Below, in pieces: positions 61,980-64,000 of a DNA stretch of 64,000 nucleotides (the stretch's first letter is position 1; the number at the start of each line of letters is the position of its first letter). This DNA is from Pocillopora damicornis. Taxonomy: Eukaryota. A model generated the notes under the pieces. It had not been told where the DNA came from and did no database searches. It saw nothing but the letters and a program-made list of their open reading frames with translations. The position numbers were made by a program, and so were the translations under genes. The stretch lies in NCBI RefSeq assembly GCF_003704095.1, contig NW_020846013.1, forward strand, positions 62,001 to 126,000. The letters are read 5' to 3'.

Positions 61980-64000
61980 GTCACATAAGAAGAGATCTCG
62001 TTCCAGATCATTAAGCAGAGATAGGAGTCGGCGCTCTCGAAGTCGAGAAAGAAATAAGGAGAGGGAAAAGAAGAGATCTCGTAGTAGGAGCCCAGAAAAA
62101 GGAAGAGCTAAAACAAGCCGAAAGCCACGAGAGCGAGAGAGAGAAAGAGACAGAAAAAGAAAACGATCAGAAAGCAGCTCTTCTCACAGTGCATCATCAA
62201 GTAGAAGTCGCAGCCGTAGTCCCAAGAAAAAAGATAAGGAGAAGGATAGCCAGCAGAGAAAGCGTCGCTCACGAAGCAGGAGTGCAGAAAGGAAATCAAA
62301 GAAGGAGAGGCCTCGCAGTAAGGAAAGAGACAGAGATAAGGGGAAAGAGAGGAAAAAGCGTTCAAGGAGCCGTGATCGCTCAAGTTCTCCTGGGGCAAGA
62401 TCAAAGAGTAGGAGTCCAGATAAGGAACCAAAAAAGTCCAAAAGCAGGTTAGTAGAAGTTAGAATAATGTTTCTTTGTCTCATCCCAAGCAAAGGATTAA
62501 GGAAAAATTCTGAGTCCCCAAAAGGAATGGAATCTCAGACCTTCAGATGCTGCATTGTGTTGTTCTACCATCTAATGCATTAATTTTTATTCTCATGTCA
62601 GCAGAGACAAGAAGAGAAGAGAGGAAGATGACAATTCAGATCGGAGCAAAGAAACTAAAAAGTCAAAGGAGGTTGGCTTATTTGGTTGTCATTGGCCATA
62701 CTTAATTTATGATATAAAAATTGTTATTGATGGAACTGTTCTTTCTTCAAGAAAGATCAACAAAAGGAAACATTTTTTGGTTTGTCAGTGTGTTTCTCTA
62801 CCTTACAGTTGATTTTATTTTTAGTCAAAAAAGGAAACCACAAGTTCAAGTGTTGATGAAAAACATGAAGAGGATGATAAAGTAAGTTCAGCAACTCTCT
62901 GTTCAGTTTGATAACTTAGCCCTTTACACTCTAACATCAGTATGCATTTTCTCCATACTGTTCTCCATACATTTCCAAAGAGGCTAACAAGGAGAATTTG
63001 TTTCACAATCAAGAGCTACTTTTGTAGGTGATCATCTCCTTTATTCTCATGACTTTCATGTTTGATTCAGGGATGATATTGTAAGGAGAAATTGGATGCT
63101 GGTCACTCTTAGGGGATAAAGGTTAAAAGAAAACCATTACCAAAGCATCCAACTGAGGCTAAATTTTCAATATGTACCAGGTTTTGTTAAAATAATATTG
63201 CTGACTTATAATAATGTGTTGCATGGAAAAATTCTACCATCTTATGAATTATAATGAATTAAATGTTTTTACCTCTTGTGTCTCTTTTGCTTGATATGTG
63301 AAAGTGATTCTATGTATTGGAATATTTATTTAGAGTATTTTTAATAGCAATCAGAAACCACATTCTGTTCATTACTGGTGAGGATTCAGTTACGCAACCA
63401 ATGTTGATTCTGTTTTTTTTCATCAGGATGCAGAACAGAGAAGATTAGAGGATGAGATGCAGAAGAGAAGAGAAAGGTAATAAATTGAAGGGAATCTGAA
63501 ATACTATCATCATATAACCTGTCCTGTACTGTGTGTGCTATCCTGTAGAAAACTAGAATGAAAGTTGATGTGAGTAGGGCAAAGAGAAATGATATAGTAA
63601 GTTGTATTTCTGATGAATTGTGAGTTTCTTGCTCTGCTTAAAGAAAAATAAAGGGCATGTCTTTATTGTAGGATCTTTTTTGTGGTTGTCCTGTGTTTGA
63701 TCTATCATGACTTAATAAAGTTGAAACAAAATTTTTGATATTTGTTGTCACTTAGTAGTTGTACAATAAAATACTAATCGACTGAGTTTGGTTGGGCCAG
63801 AGGGAAAATATTCAGCTCAAATCAAATTCTCCCTATATGAACTCCTCTCAGGTGTTCTATTGTTATCAATCTGTGTGGAATTCTGAGTAAATATTTGAAA
63901 TATTCTCACTTTGGCTTTTGGGAATATTCTAGAATCGAGGCTTGGAGGGCTCAGCGTAAAAAGGAACAGGAAGAAAAACAGCAAGAGGAGAAACAACAAC
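61980..64000 (+). CDS. DDX46: DEAD-box helicase DDX46/Prp5, 5' part (RS domain); runs off the window
   Basis: Exons 61980-62447 (RS-rich), 62602-62671, 62825-62881, 63427-63476, 63933-64000+. RLEDEMQKRRERIEAWR matches DDX46 LEEEMRKRKERVEKWR. The first coding exon is not securely identified (YY1-like caagatggc at about 60985). Confidence 0.82.
62916..63126 (-). mobile_element. Family-A MITE in a DDX46 intron
   Basis: Reverse-complement match to 23301-23511. Confidence 0.8.

Overview
AT-rich (roughly 37% GC by eye), intron-containing animal genomic DNA with six assembly gaps. The gene set and repeat families suggest a cnidarian, probably a stony coral (inference). Exon structures were reconstructed by hand from splice signals. 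In order, the genes are: a TRIM71/lin-41-like TRIM-NHL E3 ligase (-); a charged, low-complexity 4-5-exon ORF upstream that may be its long N-terminus (-); DCTN2 (-); two tandem intronless 14-3-3 genes (+); DNA polymerase iota (-); RPL27 (-, last exon presumably in a gap); an intronless orphan ORF (-); intronless JAZF1 (-); two tandem HRG1/SLC48A1 heme transporters (-); and the 5' part of DDX46 (+). Non-coding DNA carries many ~205-bp TTAA-flanked piggyBac-like MITEs, other MITEs and SINE fragments. Best leads: (1) an unexplained GC-rich multi-hairpin element just upstream of the POLI start; (2) an orphan protein with two PKI-like PKA pseudosubstrate motifs; (3) phase-0 upstream exons that could give the TRIM-NHL protein three alternative N-termini; (4) an HRG1 paralog with His-to-Arg at the TM2 heme ligand; (5) a promoter module conserved between the 14-3-3 duplicates; (6) a 66-bp minisatellite that reads as decayed 22-aa SDS22-type LRRs.
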